Source of the DNA: Hypanus sabinus | Lineage: Eukaryota | NCBI RefSeq assembly: GCF_030144855.1 | Contig: NC_082722.1 | Coordinates: 21,142,001 to 21,206,000 of the forward strand | Length of the DNA stretch: 64,000 nt | Direction of reading: 5' to 3' | Part shown: positions 1-11,399 of the stretch, piece after piece | Layout of the letters: every line of letters begins with the position of its first letter | Position numbering within the stretch: position 1 is the stretch's first letter | Notes under the pieces: model-generated | Databases searched by the model: none | The model's input: only the letters and a program-made list of their open reading frames with translations | What the model was told of the DNA's origin: nothing | Translations under genes and position numbers: made by a program

Positions 1-472
1 CAGCTTCCCAAAGCTAACGTCCGCCGCAAACACAACTGTGCAATGAAGCTCAAATACTATTCAAAAGAGAATGTCTTCCTCACTTCGGACCTCTTAGCTT
101 CGTTGTCAAGAAGTATTATCTGAACTCTTCCTTTCATCCATTTCCCAAGGGGATTGTGTTTTATTTTGCATATTTTGTGACTATCTGTGCTGGATGGTAA
201 CTGTATGTGTTGTGTGTGACTACATATATATGTACTGTATTTTGCAACTTGTCCCCAGAAAAAAACAAAAATGTTTCACTTAGCGGTGTGTTTGTATGGT
301 TTAGCAACACAAAAACTGAACATGAAATAAAATAATTTATTAAATACTGGTTAATATTTGCGGGTAACTCATTTGATAATTAAAATGTCATGGTAGTTGA
401 CGGGGAGATAAAGGAATCTACCTGCATTTAAATGGATCGAAAAAACCTAATATAACTTTGTTTTTACTCAAG

Positions 473-766
473 CTCCACCAACTCCTTTGGAAATTGTTCC
501 TATTGGAGGGTTTTCGTCTCCTCGAAAGCTCCGTTGTAAAACGGCTGCCTTCTACCCGGAGAAATTAGAAATCGTTTGGCAAAAAAATAACAAACAAATT
601 CGCACTGGGATACAGAGTGTGACAAACCGAAGCGTGGATGGCTTGTACGAAGCTTCTAGTTTATTGGAAATCACGCAGTCTACATGGGGAAAAGATGTTT
701 ACATCTGTCTGGTGTCGCATGTCTCTCTCACGGTGCCTGCCTGTTTCAGCTACATCCTGGAGCAAG
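473..766 (+). CDS. Ig C1-set domain exon of an IgSF membrane protein (V-C1-TM type), open frame
   Basis: Acceptor tttttactcaAG|CT and donor CAAG|GTAAG, phase 1 at both ends. Translation (x)PPTPLEIVPIGGFSSPRKLRCKTAAFYPEKLEIVWQKNNKQIRTGIQSVTNRSVDGLYEASSLLEITQSTWGKDVYICLVSHVSLTVPACFSYILEQ carries the C1 hallmarks C-x4-FYP-x6-W, DGLY-x-ASS-x-L and Y-x-C-x-V-x-H-x-SL. Confidence 0.92.
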
Positions 767-1367
767 GTAAGATGGTGTCTTGATGAAGTCCTGATGTTTG
801 ATCTCGGCCTTAAATGTTGGCAGTTTAGGTTTGCCTGATCGGCTAAGTTCTTCCAGGATTTTACGTGTTACTCCGGATTTCAACATATTCAGAATCATTT
901 GCGCTCAACGTAAGATGGAAGTGCTTACAAGTCATAGTGGTGGGGTCAATGTAACCTTGTTAAGAACAGTAACCGAGCAGCCATGCAAACACGGAAGTGT
1001 GACTAATTTTGAAGATTAGTAATTGACAGGGAATATTAAACGTGAAATGTGTTCAGTAGTTGATGTGTTATTCCCGTAGGTGTAAATCGTGTAGGACGAA
1101 TTAAGAAATTGAATACGTGCAGTATTTCTACCGTAGCAAACGTCTGGACATTTGCTAAAAATATGACAAACCAAAACGTAAACTCTAAAACACATTGTGA
1201 TATAACAAAGGTGGGGATGTACATTTCGTATCTTACTATATATTTTCCGATCGTCTGTAGTGAGATTAAAAACTAACCTTTAAAATAATTTGATTCTCAT
1301 CTGTGCATGTGTTTATAGATGAATGCATGCTTTATAGTTTCTTGTTTTTCCCCTGTTGATCCACAAG

Positions 1368-1466
1368 GTGCTGATACTAAATTGATTTTCGCATATACAG
1401 TGGACGGATTGGCAATTTTAGCCCTGATAATCGTTTTGGTGAAAGTCAACTTAAAGAGATCGCACG
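1368..1466 (+). CDS. Transmembrane exon of the same IgSF gene
   Basis: Acceptor ccacaAG|GT and donor CACG|GTAAG, 99 nt, phase 1/1, in frame with the C1 exon. Encodes GADTKLIFAYTVDGLAILALIIVLVKVNLKRSH: a hydrophobic stretch with one Asp followed by a basic stop-transfer segment. Confidence 0.87.
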
Positions 1467-2294
1467 GTAAGAACTCTGATCGTTGTGGAACATTACCTCT
1501 ATTCGTCCAAACAGACGTGTAAATGGCATTTAACTTCAAAACAGTAGATGTCCTTTACAGAATGATTGGACATGGATCGCGGTTTTCGGTCAAATTTCAG
1601 TGATAATATTCGGTTATAATAGAAGCTAGAACTTAAAGTTCAACTGTTTCACCAGTCTACTCGAAGTATTACACATCTCATTCACAAATGCTTTTCCATG
1701 ACTTTGGAGCTCTTCAACTGTTTTAAACATAATGGCAGATCTATATTTTGAAGCATAAAGAACATTGTCGAACTCGTGCATGTCTCATTGATTTTAATTT
1801 CCATTTCAGCGACTGTATTTAAAGGTACTACGGCCACTGATATGCTGTTATCAGTTTACGGCTTCGTTAGAAGTCTGTTTAATGAGCATAGTGTCGTGAG
1901 GTCGACGCGGAACACCTTGTATTAGTATATCACCAAATGCTTTCTGAAATATCGGTGTCTTGAGCTGTTCCTCTTACACAATGAATTCGATTGGTATCAA
2001 ACGAATACTGTCCAATTTTTACAATACAGATAGTACATTTTATCTTTCTTGAGGGATTAACACAAGTTCTTCGGACTGATCTCAGAAAGAAGAGCCGGCA
2101 GATGAATTGGTCCATCTTCTTTCAGAGCCACGTATGCACATATTAGAGATATTATAAATTTATTTTGTTCCATAACATTTTGGAATTCAGTAGGGACTGT
2201 AGGGAAGAATGAAACCATTCTACGTGACAACTCTTTATTTTGAAGTATATATCCTAGATGTATCCTATTGAATATGCTTCTTATCGTCTTTCAG

Positions 2295-2314
2295 GTCTCC
2301 ACACCAGTTCCTAA
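2295..2314 (+). CDS. Probable terminal cytoplasmic exon (GLHTSS*)
   Basis: Pyrimidine tract cttcttatcgtctttcAG| then phase-1 GT CTC CAC ACC AGT TCC TAA, with an ATTAAA about 75 nt downstream. Inferred; other tail exons are possible. Confidence 0.5.
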
Positions 2315-2838
2315 CCAGTTGTATTAAGGTGCACGGTAATATTAACTAATGGAAGTTAAGCTGTTAGTTATAGTTCGTGTGACGAATAATTAAATACAAA
2401 TCTAAGCCTTGGACGTTTTAGATGTCAAATATCGGTTTACGGGAATCATGGTGTAATGCCAATCAGAAAGTGTAGTACACACAGGAATCATTTCACAATA
2501 TACGTTACATTTGATTTTAACGCACAGTAAGCAAGACCAAAAATTGAACGAAATCTTGTTCTGGAAAGTCATATGCAGTTTTTAACCCCGATTCCCAGAA
2601 AATACCCACACAGCAGTGAATAACCTGCAATGTAATCAAATATGGAAGAAGAAAACCTTGTAGGATGTGGTGCACGATGATACCCAAAGGAAATTCCACA
2701 AGACTCCTTATACTCAACGAGGCTCTGCTGAATGTCGGTCATCCTCAATTTCGAAGGAAATGCATGAAACGGATAAAAGTACTGCCATCTCCTTTTTTGG
2801 ATTCAAACTAAATATTAAAAAATTCTAACACAACTTTT

Positions 2839-3138
2839 ATGTGTTGGCTAGTGGATAAGGCATTGGTCTAGTGATCTGAAGGTCACCGGTTCGAGCGTCA
2901 GTGAGGCAGCGTGTTGTGTCCTTGAGCAAGCACTTAACAACACATCGCTCTGCGATGACACTGGTGCTAAGTTGCTTGGGTCCTAGTGTCCTTCTCTTGG
3001 ACAGCATCGGTGGCGTGGACAGGGGAAGGCTTGCAGCTTGGGGAATTGCCAGTCTCTCATACAACCCTGCCCAAGCCTGCGCCCTGGAAATCTTCCAAGT
3101 CGCAAATTCATGGTCTCACGAGACTAACGGATGCCTAT
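2839..3138 (+). mobile_element. tRNA-derived SINE
   Basis: tRNA-like head (tggctagtggataagg...GGTTCGAGC B-box-like) followed by the gtgtccttgagcaagcacttaac central motif common in aquatic SINEs. Confidence 0.6.
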
Positions 3139-3139
3139 G

Positions 3140-3600
3140 ACGAATCTTTGGAAGGAGAAATCTTTGGGGGGAGGGGAGAAGAAGGGAGCTGTTGATTTAG
3201 GAGAGCAGAAAGGATGTCCTGTGGTCCAGAACGAGATTTTTCGAATGATGTTACCTCCTGGGTGCGAGAGGCTAGGACATCTCGGATTGAATACTTGGTA
3301 TTCTTAAGTGGGAGACTGAACAGCCAGAGGCCGTCGTCCATGTAGCTACCGATGACATAAATAGGTAGAGTGACATCGTTCTGCAAGGTGGGTTCAGGGA
3401 GTTTGGTGCTAAATTAAAGTGCTGAACCTCCAGGGTCCCGATCTCAGAAATGCTGCCTGTACCACGTGCTAGTGAGGTTAGATTAGAAAAATTATACAGT
3501 TTAATACCTGCTGAATACTTGATGTAGGAAGAAAGACGATAGATCCTTGGATAATTGGGCTGCCTTTCAGGCAACCACAGTGCTGGAACAGTTTGTGGAG
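3140..3600 (+). mobile_element. CR1 LINE ORF1 (SGNH esterase-like) fragment
   Basis: Degenerate PGARxxDI...EQPEAVVHVATDDI...SGMLPVPRASE, similar to the 12100-12450 region. Confidence 0.7.
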
Positions 3601-4189
3601 AGGTTGTGGATAAAGTTGTTGTTATCAGCTCAGACAAAGTCAGGAACCACAATGTTGAGCATGGTGTGATTAATGACTGATCAGCAAAATGTCAATATAC
3701 ACCTATATGTCGGAGAACTCAGGGCATGGAACAGCGCCCAGAATTATGCTATTGAATCATAGTGAGACTCGGTTGCAGGAGGTGCAGTATTGACAGCTCA
3801 ATATTCCAGGGACAGTTGTTTTCGACGAGACAGAGCGGGATGGATTAAAGAAAGAGGGGTGACGATAATAGTCATGTAGAGCTGAAAGCTCAATCTCCCC
3901 TTGCCAGAGCATAGCCTCTCTACATCAAGCCTCATGTGGTACCACCTCCATAACGACATACGCAAACTGAACACGCTTCGGACGCATGCTGAACTACAGA
4001 GGATGCGGACATTTCCTCGTGCTCGAGAACCAGATCCCCAGATATGGACAAATAGGTCCCCAGCCTTCTGAGCAGCCGTGGTAGGGACAAACCCTACGGG
4101 ATTAAACACAGGCAGAAAATCCAGAGTGGAGTTCCTAAGGGGAGTGGACGTCCCTAAGCATCCTTCCGGCAGCTCCCGCAACCAAGCTG

Positions 4190-6016
4190 GTGTTAAACAT
4201 ATTGTTTCAATCTTTTTTGGACTACAGCGGTGAGCCCTGTGAACCAGAGCGGATAGCTTGTGGGAGAAACTGTTATAGTCTGGTCGTGAGAGCCCGAATG
4301 CTTCGTAGCCTTTTCCCAGACGGCAGGAGGGAGAAGACTTTGTATGAGAGGTCCATGGTGTCCTTCAGAATGCTGCTTGCTTTGCGGATGTAGAGTATAG
4401 TGTAAATGTCCGGAATGGCGGGAAGAGAGACCCCGTTGATCTTCTCAGATGACCTCACTGTCCGCTGCAGGATCTTGTGATCCGAAATGGTGCAAATTCT
4501 GAACCTGGCAGTGATGCAGCTGCTCACGACACTCTCAATACAACCCCTGTAGAATGTGATGAGGAATGGCGGCGGGGGGTGGGGGGCGGCGGGGAGGTAG
4601 GAAATGGACTTTCCTCAGCCTTCGCAGAAGGTTGAGACGCTGCTGGGCTTTCTTTGCTATGGCGCTGGTGTTGACGGACCAGGTGGGATTCTCCGCAGGT
4701 GAACACCAAGACATTCGGTGCTCTTAACGATCTCTACCGAGGAGCCTCCGATGTTCAGCGAGGAGTGATCGCTCTTTGCCCTCCTGAAGTCAACAACCAC
4801 CTCTTTTCTTTTGTTCACATTAAGTGACAGGTTGTTGGTTCTGCACCAGTCGGTTAGCCGCTGCACCTCCTCTCTGTAAGCTGACTCGTAGTTCCTGCTG
4901 ATGAGACCCAGCACAGTCGTGTCAACATCGAAGTTGGTGATACGGTTCGAGCTGTGTGTTGTAGCACAGTTCTGGGTCAACATAGTGAACAGCAGTGGAT
5001 TGAGCACACAGCCCTGGAGAGCCCCCTCGCTCAGTGTGATGGTGTTGGAGATGCTGCTCCCGATCCTGACTGACTGAGGTGTCCCAGTCAAGAAGTCTGG
5101 GATCCAGTTGCAGAGAGAGGTGTTCAGGCCTATTAAGCTCAGCATTCCGATCAGTTTCTGAGGGATGATTGTGTTGACTGCTGAACTGATGTCTGTGAAC
5201 AGCATTCGAACGTATGTGTCTTTTTTGTCCAGGTGGGTTAGAGCCAGCTGGAGGGTGATGGCAATGGCGTCGTCTGTTCAGCGGTTGGAATGGCACGCAA
5301 ACAGCATGGGTTCCATCGAGGGGGGCAGCAGGGTCTTGATATGCCTCACGACGAGCCTCTCGAAACATTTCATTTTATTGGATATGAGTGCAACTGGACT
5401 GTAATCATTTAGGCGGGACACTGAAGACTTCTTCGGCACGGGGATGATGGTAGAGGCTTGAAGCACTTAGGAACGGTGGCGCTGCTCAGGGAGATGTTGA
5501 AGATGTCAGTGACAACATCTGCTAGCTGGTCTGCACATCCTCTGAGCACTCTGCCAGGAATGTTGTCTGGTCCAGCAGCCTTCCGTGGGTTGACCCTGCA
5601 CAGGGTTCTTCTCACATCGGCAACGGTGAGACACAGCACCTGGTCATTCGTAGGAGGTGCGGACCTCCTCTCCGCCACGTCATTCTCTGCCTCAAAATGG
5701 GCGTAGAGGTAATCCAGCGCATCTGGGAGATGTCCTCCTGCAATTGGTAATGTCTTGGATGCCCTTCCACATGTGCCGCGTGTCGCCGTTGTCCTGTAAG
5801 TGGATCTGGATTCGTTGGGTGTGAACACGCTTTGCCACTCTTATGGCTCGGTACACTTTGGCTATTGCTGTTATTAAGGCTGCCTTGTCGCCTACTTTAA
5901 AGGCGGGGTCCGCTGCAGCGCACGCACCTCGGCGGTCATCCACGGCTTCCGGTTAGCACGTATAGTGATGGACAGAGTAACATCATCAATGCACTGGCTG
6001 ATGTAGCTGCTCACTG
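4190..6016 (-). mobile_element. Rex1/Babar-type LINE RT fragment, decayed
   Basis: Minus-strand ORFs [98 protein letters not shown]. Confidence 0.87.
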
Positions 6017-6029
6017 ATGCTGGCTGTGT

Positions 6030-7973
6030 ACTGCTCTGAGTTGGTAGAGTCGCCATCTGTGAAGGTCAATGGAAATTGGAACATATTCCTCCAATTCAAC
6101 ACTATGCTCAAGAAGATAGCAATGAAATGTAAGCAAACCTACATAAAGGAGCGAAGCACAGAAGCTGAAGAAGTCAAAATAATTGGAAAAACAAGAGATC
6201 TATTCAAGAATATTAGAAAAATCCAAGGAACATTTCATTCAAAAATTACTGTAGTAAAAGACAAATAAGGGAAGGATCTTACAGAAGCAGAAGACATCAA
6301 AACGAGACCATAAGATATAGGAGCACAAAGGGGCCGTTCGGCCCAATGAATATGCTCAGCCATTCAATCATAAAGAGCTGCCAGGAAGAATCGAACAGGA
6401 AAGATCCTGACTGCGAAGACGCCTGCTATAAATCCCTAATCGATCTAGAGCCAGACATTCTGGAAAGTGATATTGAATGGGCGATAGAAAACATTGCAAA
6501 TAAGAAGACTGCAGGATCTGACAGGATTCTGATCGAATTGTTCAAAATTTTAAAAGGTGATGCTGTGTTGCATGCAATTTTCCATCAGATCTGGAAAACC
6601 TAATAATGGTCTTTAGACTGAAAAATATCAGTTCGTATCCCAATTCCCAAGAAGGAAAATGTAAAGTAATGTTCAAATTACCGGACAGTTTCACGAAATT
6701 TCATATGCAAGCAGGGTAATTCTAAAGGTCATTGAAGCATAAACTCCAGCATTATACGGAACGGGAACTGCCAGATGTACAAGCTGGTTTTAGAAGAGGC
6801 AGGGGCACCAGACGCCAAATTACTAACCTACGCTGGACAATGAAGAAATCGAGGGAATTCCAGAAAAATGTTTATCTATGATTTATTGACTACTCTGAAG
6901 CCTTCGACAGAGTGTGTCATAATAAACTATGGCGAATCTGTAATAAATCGGGGTATCTGGACATCTGATCTGCCTTCTGATAAACTTGTATGAAGATCAA
7001 GAAGCAATAGTTAAGACTGAACATTGAACAAAAAAAACTGGTTCAAGGTTGGCGAGAGTACGACAAGTCTGCATACTGCCACCCGTACTTATTTAATTTA
7101 CACTATATGCTGAACAAGTCATCAGGAATGCTGATCTAGAGCACTCAAATGTTGGAATCAAAGTTAACTAAATATTAACAAACTCAGATATGCAGCTGAT
7201 TCCTCTCCGATGGCTGAAAGTTACCTGGACCTGAGGAAGCTTCTAATAAAAGTGAAAGAATAAAGTGCTTTCACTCAATATGAAGAAAGCTAAGATTGTG
7301 TTGACCAGCCTTATTCATTCCGTAGTAATAAGTGGAATACAATCGGAAGGAGTGACGGATTTTGTTTTCCACCTTTCAAGGATTTCTATAGATGGTAACT
7401 GCAGCCATGAAATTAAACAGCGCTTACTTCTCAGAGGTCAGCAATAGCACTACGACTACGTGCACTCCGTAACGGAAAATTTAAATAAAATACTGAAGAG
7501 CAGAGATATAACATTGTCTACAAAGTCAGGTCTATGGTATTTCCAGTTGTGATGAATGGCTGTAAGAGCTGGACTACTAGTAAGGCTGAATACGAAAGAA
7601 TCGACTACATTGACTTGGCTGCTGCAGGAAAGTGTTAAGAGTTCGTCGGACAGCAGAAAGATCCAACACTGCAATACTAGATTGAATACAGCTACACTGC
7701 GCAGTAGGAGACTTGATTATGATGCAAAGTTTCAAATATTTTGGCCACATCATGAAAAAGCTGGATTCCTTGGAGAAGACTGTCATGTTAGGCAAAACAA
7801 AAAGTAAGGGAAGGAGACGGCGACAGAGGCTACAATGGATAGATAATATTACTCAGGCAATGCGTATGACGTCGGGGGATCTTAGAGAGACAGTATCCAA
7901 CAAGAAGACTTAGTGTGCAGGAGTCCATGAGGTCACGAACAATCTGATACGACTTAACGACTGAAAAACAACG
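6030..7973 (+). mobile_element. RTE-clade LINE, BovB-like, 5'-truncated and decayed
   Basis: EPDILESDIEWAIENIANKKTAGSDRILIELFK, ELPDVQAGFRRGRGTR, MVFPVVMNGCKSWT, YFGHIMKKLDSLEKTVMLGK..RRRQRLQW. The 3' end gagtccatgaggtcacg...gatacgacttaacgactgaa resembles the BovB tail. A short CR1 3' piece is inserted at about 6305-6365. Confidence 0.88.
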
Positions 7974-7974
7974 A

Positions 7975-8420
7975 GCTTGACCGCAGTAGTGGGGCAGTTA
8001 TTAGATGCCATTCTAAGGGACTGGATAAAGAAGTATTTGGATAGACATGAACAGATTAATGAGAGTCATCATGGCTTTGTGCATGATAGAACATATCTCA
8101 CCAACCTTATAGAGCTTTCCGAGCCAGAAAAGTGTTTGAAATGAAGACAGTGCATGTTGCCAACATCAACTTTAGTAAGACATTTGAAAAGGTCCGCATG
8201 GGAGGTTGCTCAAGAACGTTCAGTCGCTTAGTATTCACTGCGAGGTAGTAAATTGGATGAGCCTTAGACTTTGTGAGAGAAGCCAAGAAATAGCAATGCA
8301 TGGTTGCCTCTTTGATCGGAGGACTAGAGGCCGCAGAGATATGTGCAGAGTCTTTTCCTGTCTGTCATCTATATTGCCGATCTAGATGACAATGCGTATA
8401 ACTAAAATCAGCAAATTTCA
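7975..8420 (+). mobile_element. CR1 RT fragment, decayed
   Basis: Remnants of the HGFV and DFSKxFxKVxHG motifs. Confidence 0.6.
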
Positions 8421-8668
8421 AAGAGCTAAATAGATTTTTTCAGTACACGTTTCAAATAACAATTAACAGCAATCCGGTCAACATTTGTAAGGTGTATTTG
8501 AAACTGATAAGGTATCTGTCCTTCGTTTTCTACTCGAATGTGATTCCCATCATTCACTTCTAGCTGGTGAACAAACCTTGCAATTCTAAACTCCAGGTAT
8601 GTTATTTTGCAATGAAGTTCATTCCATAGGTATGATCCCACTCTGCTTGCTTATTGAAATCTCTCTCT

Positions 8669-8695
8669 CACACACACACACACACACCCACACAC
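8669..8695. repeat. (CA)n microsatellite
   Basis: Direct reading. Confidence 0.9.
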
Positions 8696-9724
8696 TGTTT
8701 CTCTCGTTGCTGGGGGAGAGCTTACGGCCGATTCGTAGACCACGAAAAGGAGCGATGCAGCAGACTTTAACACCGTAATTCAACGATTTGGTGGCTTTCC
8801 TCCCCTCTCTCTTTGTGACACCTCCCTGTCCATTTTATAAGGCAGACAGAGAGATGGGGCATGATGAAGTCGTTGCCATGGCGATTAGTTTTTCTGTAAT
8901 GCAAATCCTGGATTCTCTTGGGTTATTTGCTATTGTTTGCTTCCTGGGGTAGAAGCAACAGTGGATGGAATGGGAGAGTGGTGCTTGTGTCTGGGTGGAG
9001 GAGAAGAAAGCTCCCCAAAGTCTTCTAACATTTTCTAGCAATTCTAACCCCAATTCTAACGCTTCTGCGGTCATTCATTGTTTGAGGTACTCTTCTATTT
9101 TCATGGATGTCTGCGAAGGCCAAGAAACTCAATTTGTATATTGTATGCATTTTCTGATTTTAAATTGGAACTATTGAACTATTGGACTTTTAAAACCCCA
9201 GTTCGTCCCATTTGGCTGCGTTTGCATCTCACCACAATAAACTTTTTCTATCCATGTACCAATCCAAATGTAGGTCACACATTGGAATCGTACACAGTTC
9301 TATAGGTTTATCTGGTTCTTTGTTCCAATTACGAAAACTATTTTTGTTGAAAACCTTCCCCTAGTTTCTTTTCAATAATTTCTCTCCCGCGTAGAATCGA
9401 TGTATTCTTATTTTCTGTGAACCGATTTTGGGTAAAAGACTGTAATCATACCCCTGCCTACGCCATTCCTGACATTACATATGTCTGGTCACCGCGCAAC
9501 CCACCTGTGCTCCAGGAATGAATAGTCCCAATCTCGTCCTACGGTTAAAAGCACACTGTTCTACTAACATACTTGTCAATATTTTCTGCACTATCTCGAG
9601 CTTCATCGTATCTATTCTGTTGTTGGTGATCAAAATACGCAGCATACTTTTCACCAACGAATGCACAACATAGTGTTTCACCAGCGATTTGTACAGTTGA
9701 ACATGACGTCCCAGATCCTGTACT

Positions 9725-10420
9725 CATTGCCATAACTTGCACTCAACGTCAGTAAGACGGAGGAGATGCTTGTGAATTTCAGGAAGGGTAAGGTAAAGGA
9801 ATACTCACCAATCCTCCCAGAGGGATCAGAAGTGGAGAGAGAGATCAGTCTCAAGTCCCTGGGTGTCAAGCTGTCTGAGGATCTAACCTAGACCCAATAT
9901 ATCGCTGCAGCTATACAGAAAGCAAGACCGCGACTCTACTTCATTACGAGTTTGAAGATATGTGGTATGTCAAGAAATACACACTAGAACTTGTATAAGG
10001 GTACTGTGGAGAAAATTCTGACAGACTGCGTCACTGTTTGGAATGGGAGGGGGGTGGAGTAGTGGGATATTGCGCGGGACCGAAAGAAACTGCAGAGTGT
10101 CGTAAATTTAGTCAGCTCCATCTTGGGTATAAGCCTACAAAGTACTCAGGACATTTTCAGGGAGCGGTGTCTCAGAAAGGCAACGTCCAATATGAAAGAC
10201 CCCCAACTCACAGGGCATGCCCTTTTCTCACTGTTACCATTAGGAAGGAGGTACAGAAAACTGAAGGCACACACTCAGCGATTCAGGAGCAGCTTCTTCT
10301 CCTCTGCTATTGGATTGCTAAATGGACATTGAACCCGTGAACACTATCACATTTTAAATATATGCTATTTCTATTTTCGCACGTTTTTAATATATTTAAT
10401 ATACATATACTCTAATAGGA
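9725..10420 (+). mobile_element. Rex1/Babar LINE 3' fragment
   Basis: LNVSKTEEMLVNFRKG..., KARPRLYFITSLK..., LLPLGRRYRKLKAHTQRFRSSFFSSAIGLLN, followed by a 3' UTR. Confidence 0.75.
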
Positions 10421-11399
10421 TCATTTATCTGTTTATGTTATTTACTTAGTTTCGTTTTGTACATTATGCATTGCATTGAACTGACGCTGCTAAGTTCACA
10501 AACATGACGACACATGTTGTGATATAAACATGATTCGGATTCCGAACTGCCGATTTAATTGTGCCAAACAACGTCGTTACAAGCCTGTCCACCTCTGTCG
10601 ATTGTTTTACAGATCAATGTGCCCGTATCTCTCAGTAACTTTGCTCTACTTCAATGCCTAGGACAATCTATTGCGCAATTCCTGCCCGAGTATAACTAAC
10701 CAAAATGCAACACTTTGCAAATTTCCGAGTTAAACTCTATCTGCAATTGCTAGGCCCACTTTCCCAGTTCTTCGTCTTAGTTAATTTTCACTGTCTGGTA
10801 TACGACTAATTCTTCTGCATCCTGAAATTTATTAACAACTTAAAATACTATCAACTAAATATTTTAGAGATCAAACAATACTGGGACCAGGATCTACCTC
10901 TTCAGTACATCACCGTTTGCAAGCCTTTCCTCTTGGTATCAAATCTCCACTATCACCGTCTGATTCCTCTAGGAAACCAATTTCTGTTCTTGTGTTGAGT
11001 TGGCTGGCTCACTCTGGCTCCCGTGTCACCCAGCATTCTATACGAGACTGTTGGACGGGATCGTGCAAAATTCAATAAAGATATAGTCTACTGTCTTGCC
11101 CTCAGCAATTTTCTGCATAGCCTCTTCCAAACAACTGAATCAAGTTGGTGAGAGAGGATTCCCCATGAGAAATCCACTGTGACGGAACCTTTTACACTCC
11201 TTGCCTTTCCAAACTGTGACAGAGTCTGTCCTTCATTCAGTATTTTTTCCCAGCACCGATATTTGGCTCACTATCTGTAGTTGTGGGCCTTTTTAAATTA
11301 ATGCGCATTAATCACTTTTCAATGTTCCGGTAGCAAATTCCTGCTAAAAGACGCTACTGATAACTTGGTTATTAAAGAGCTTTGCGGGCGTTAGTCCAT

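Noticed and set aside
3798-4181. 127-aa minus-strand ORF adjacent to the Rex1 3' end
   Set aside because: No recognisable motif; probably a decayed retroelement fragment that I cannot classify.
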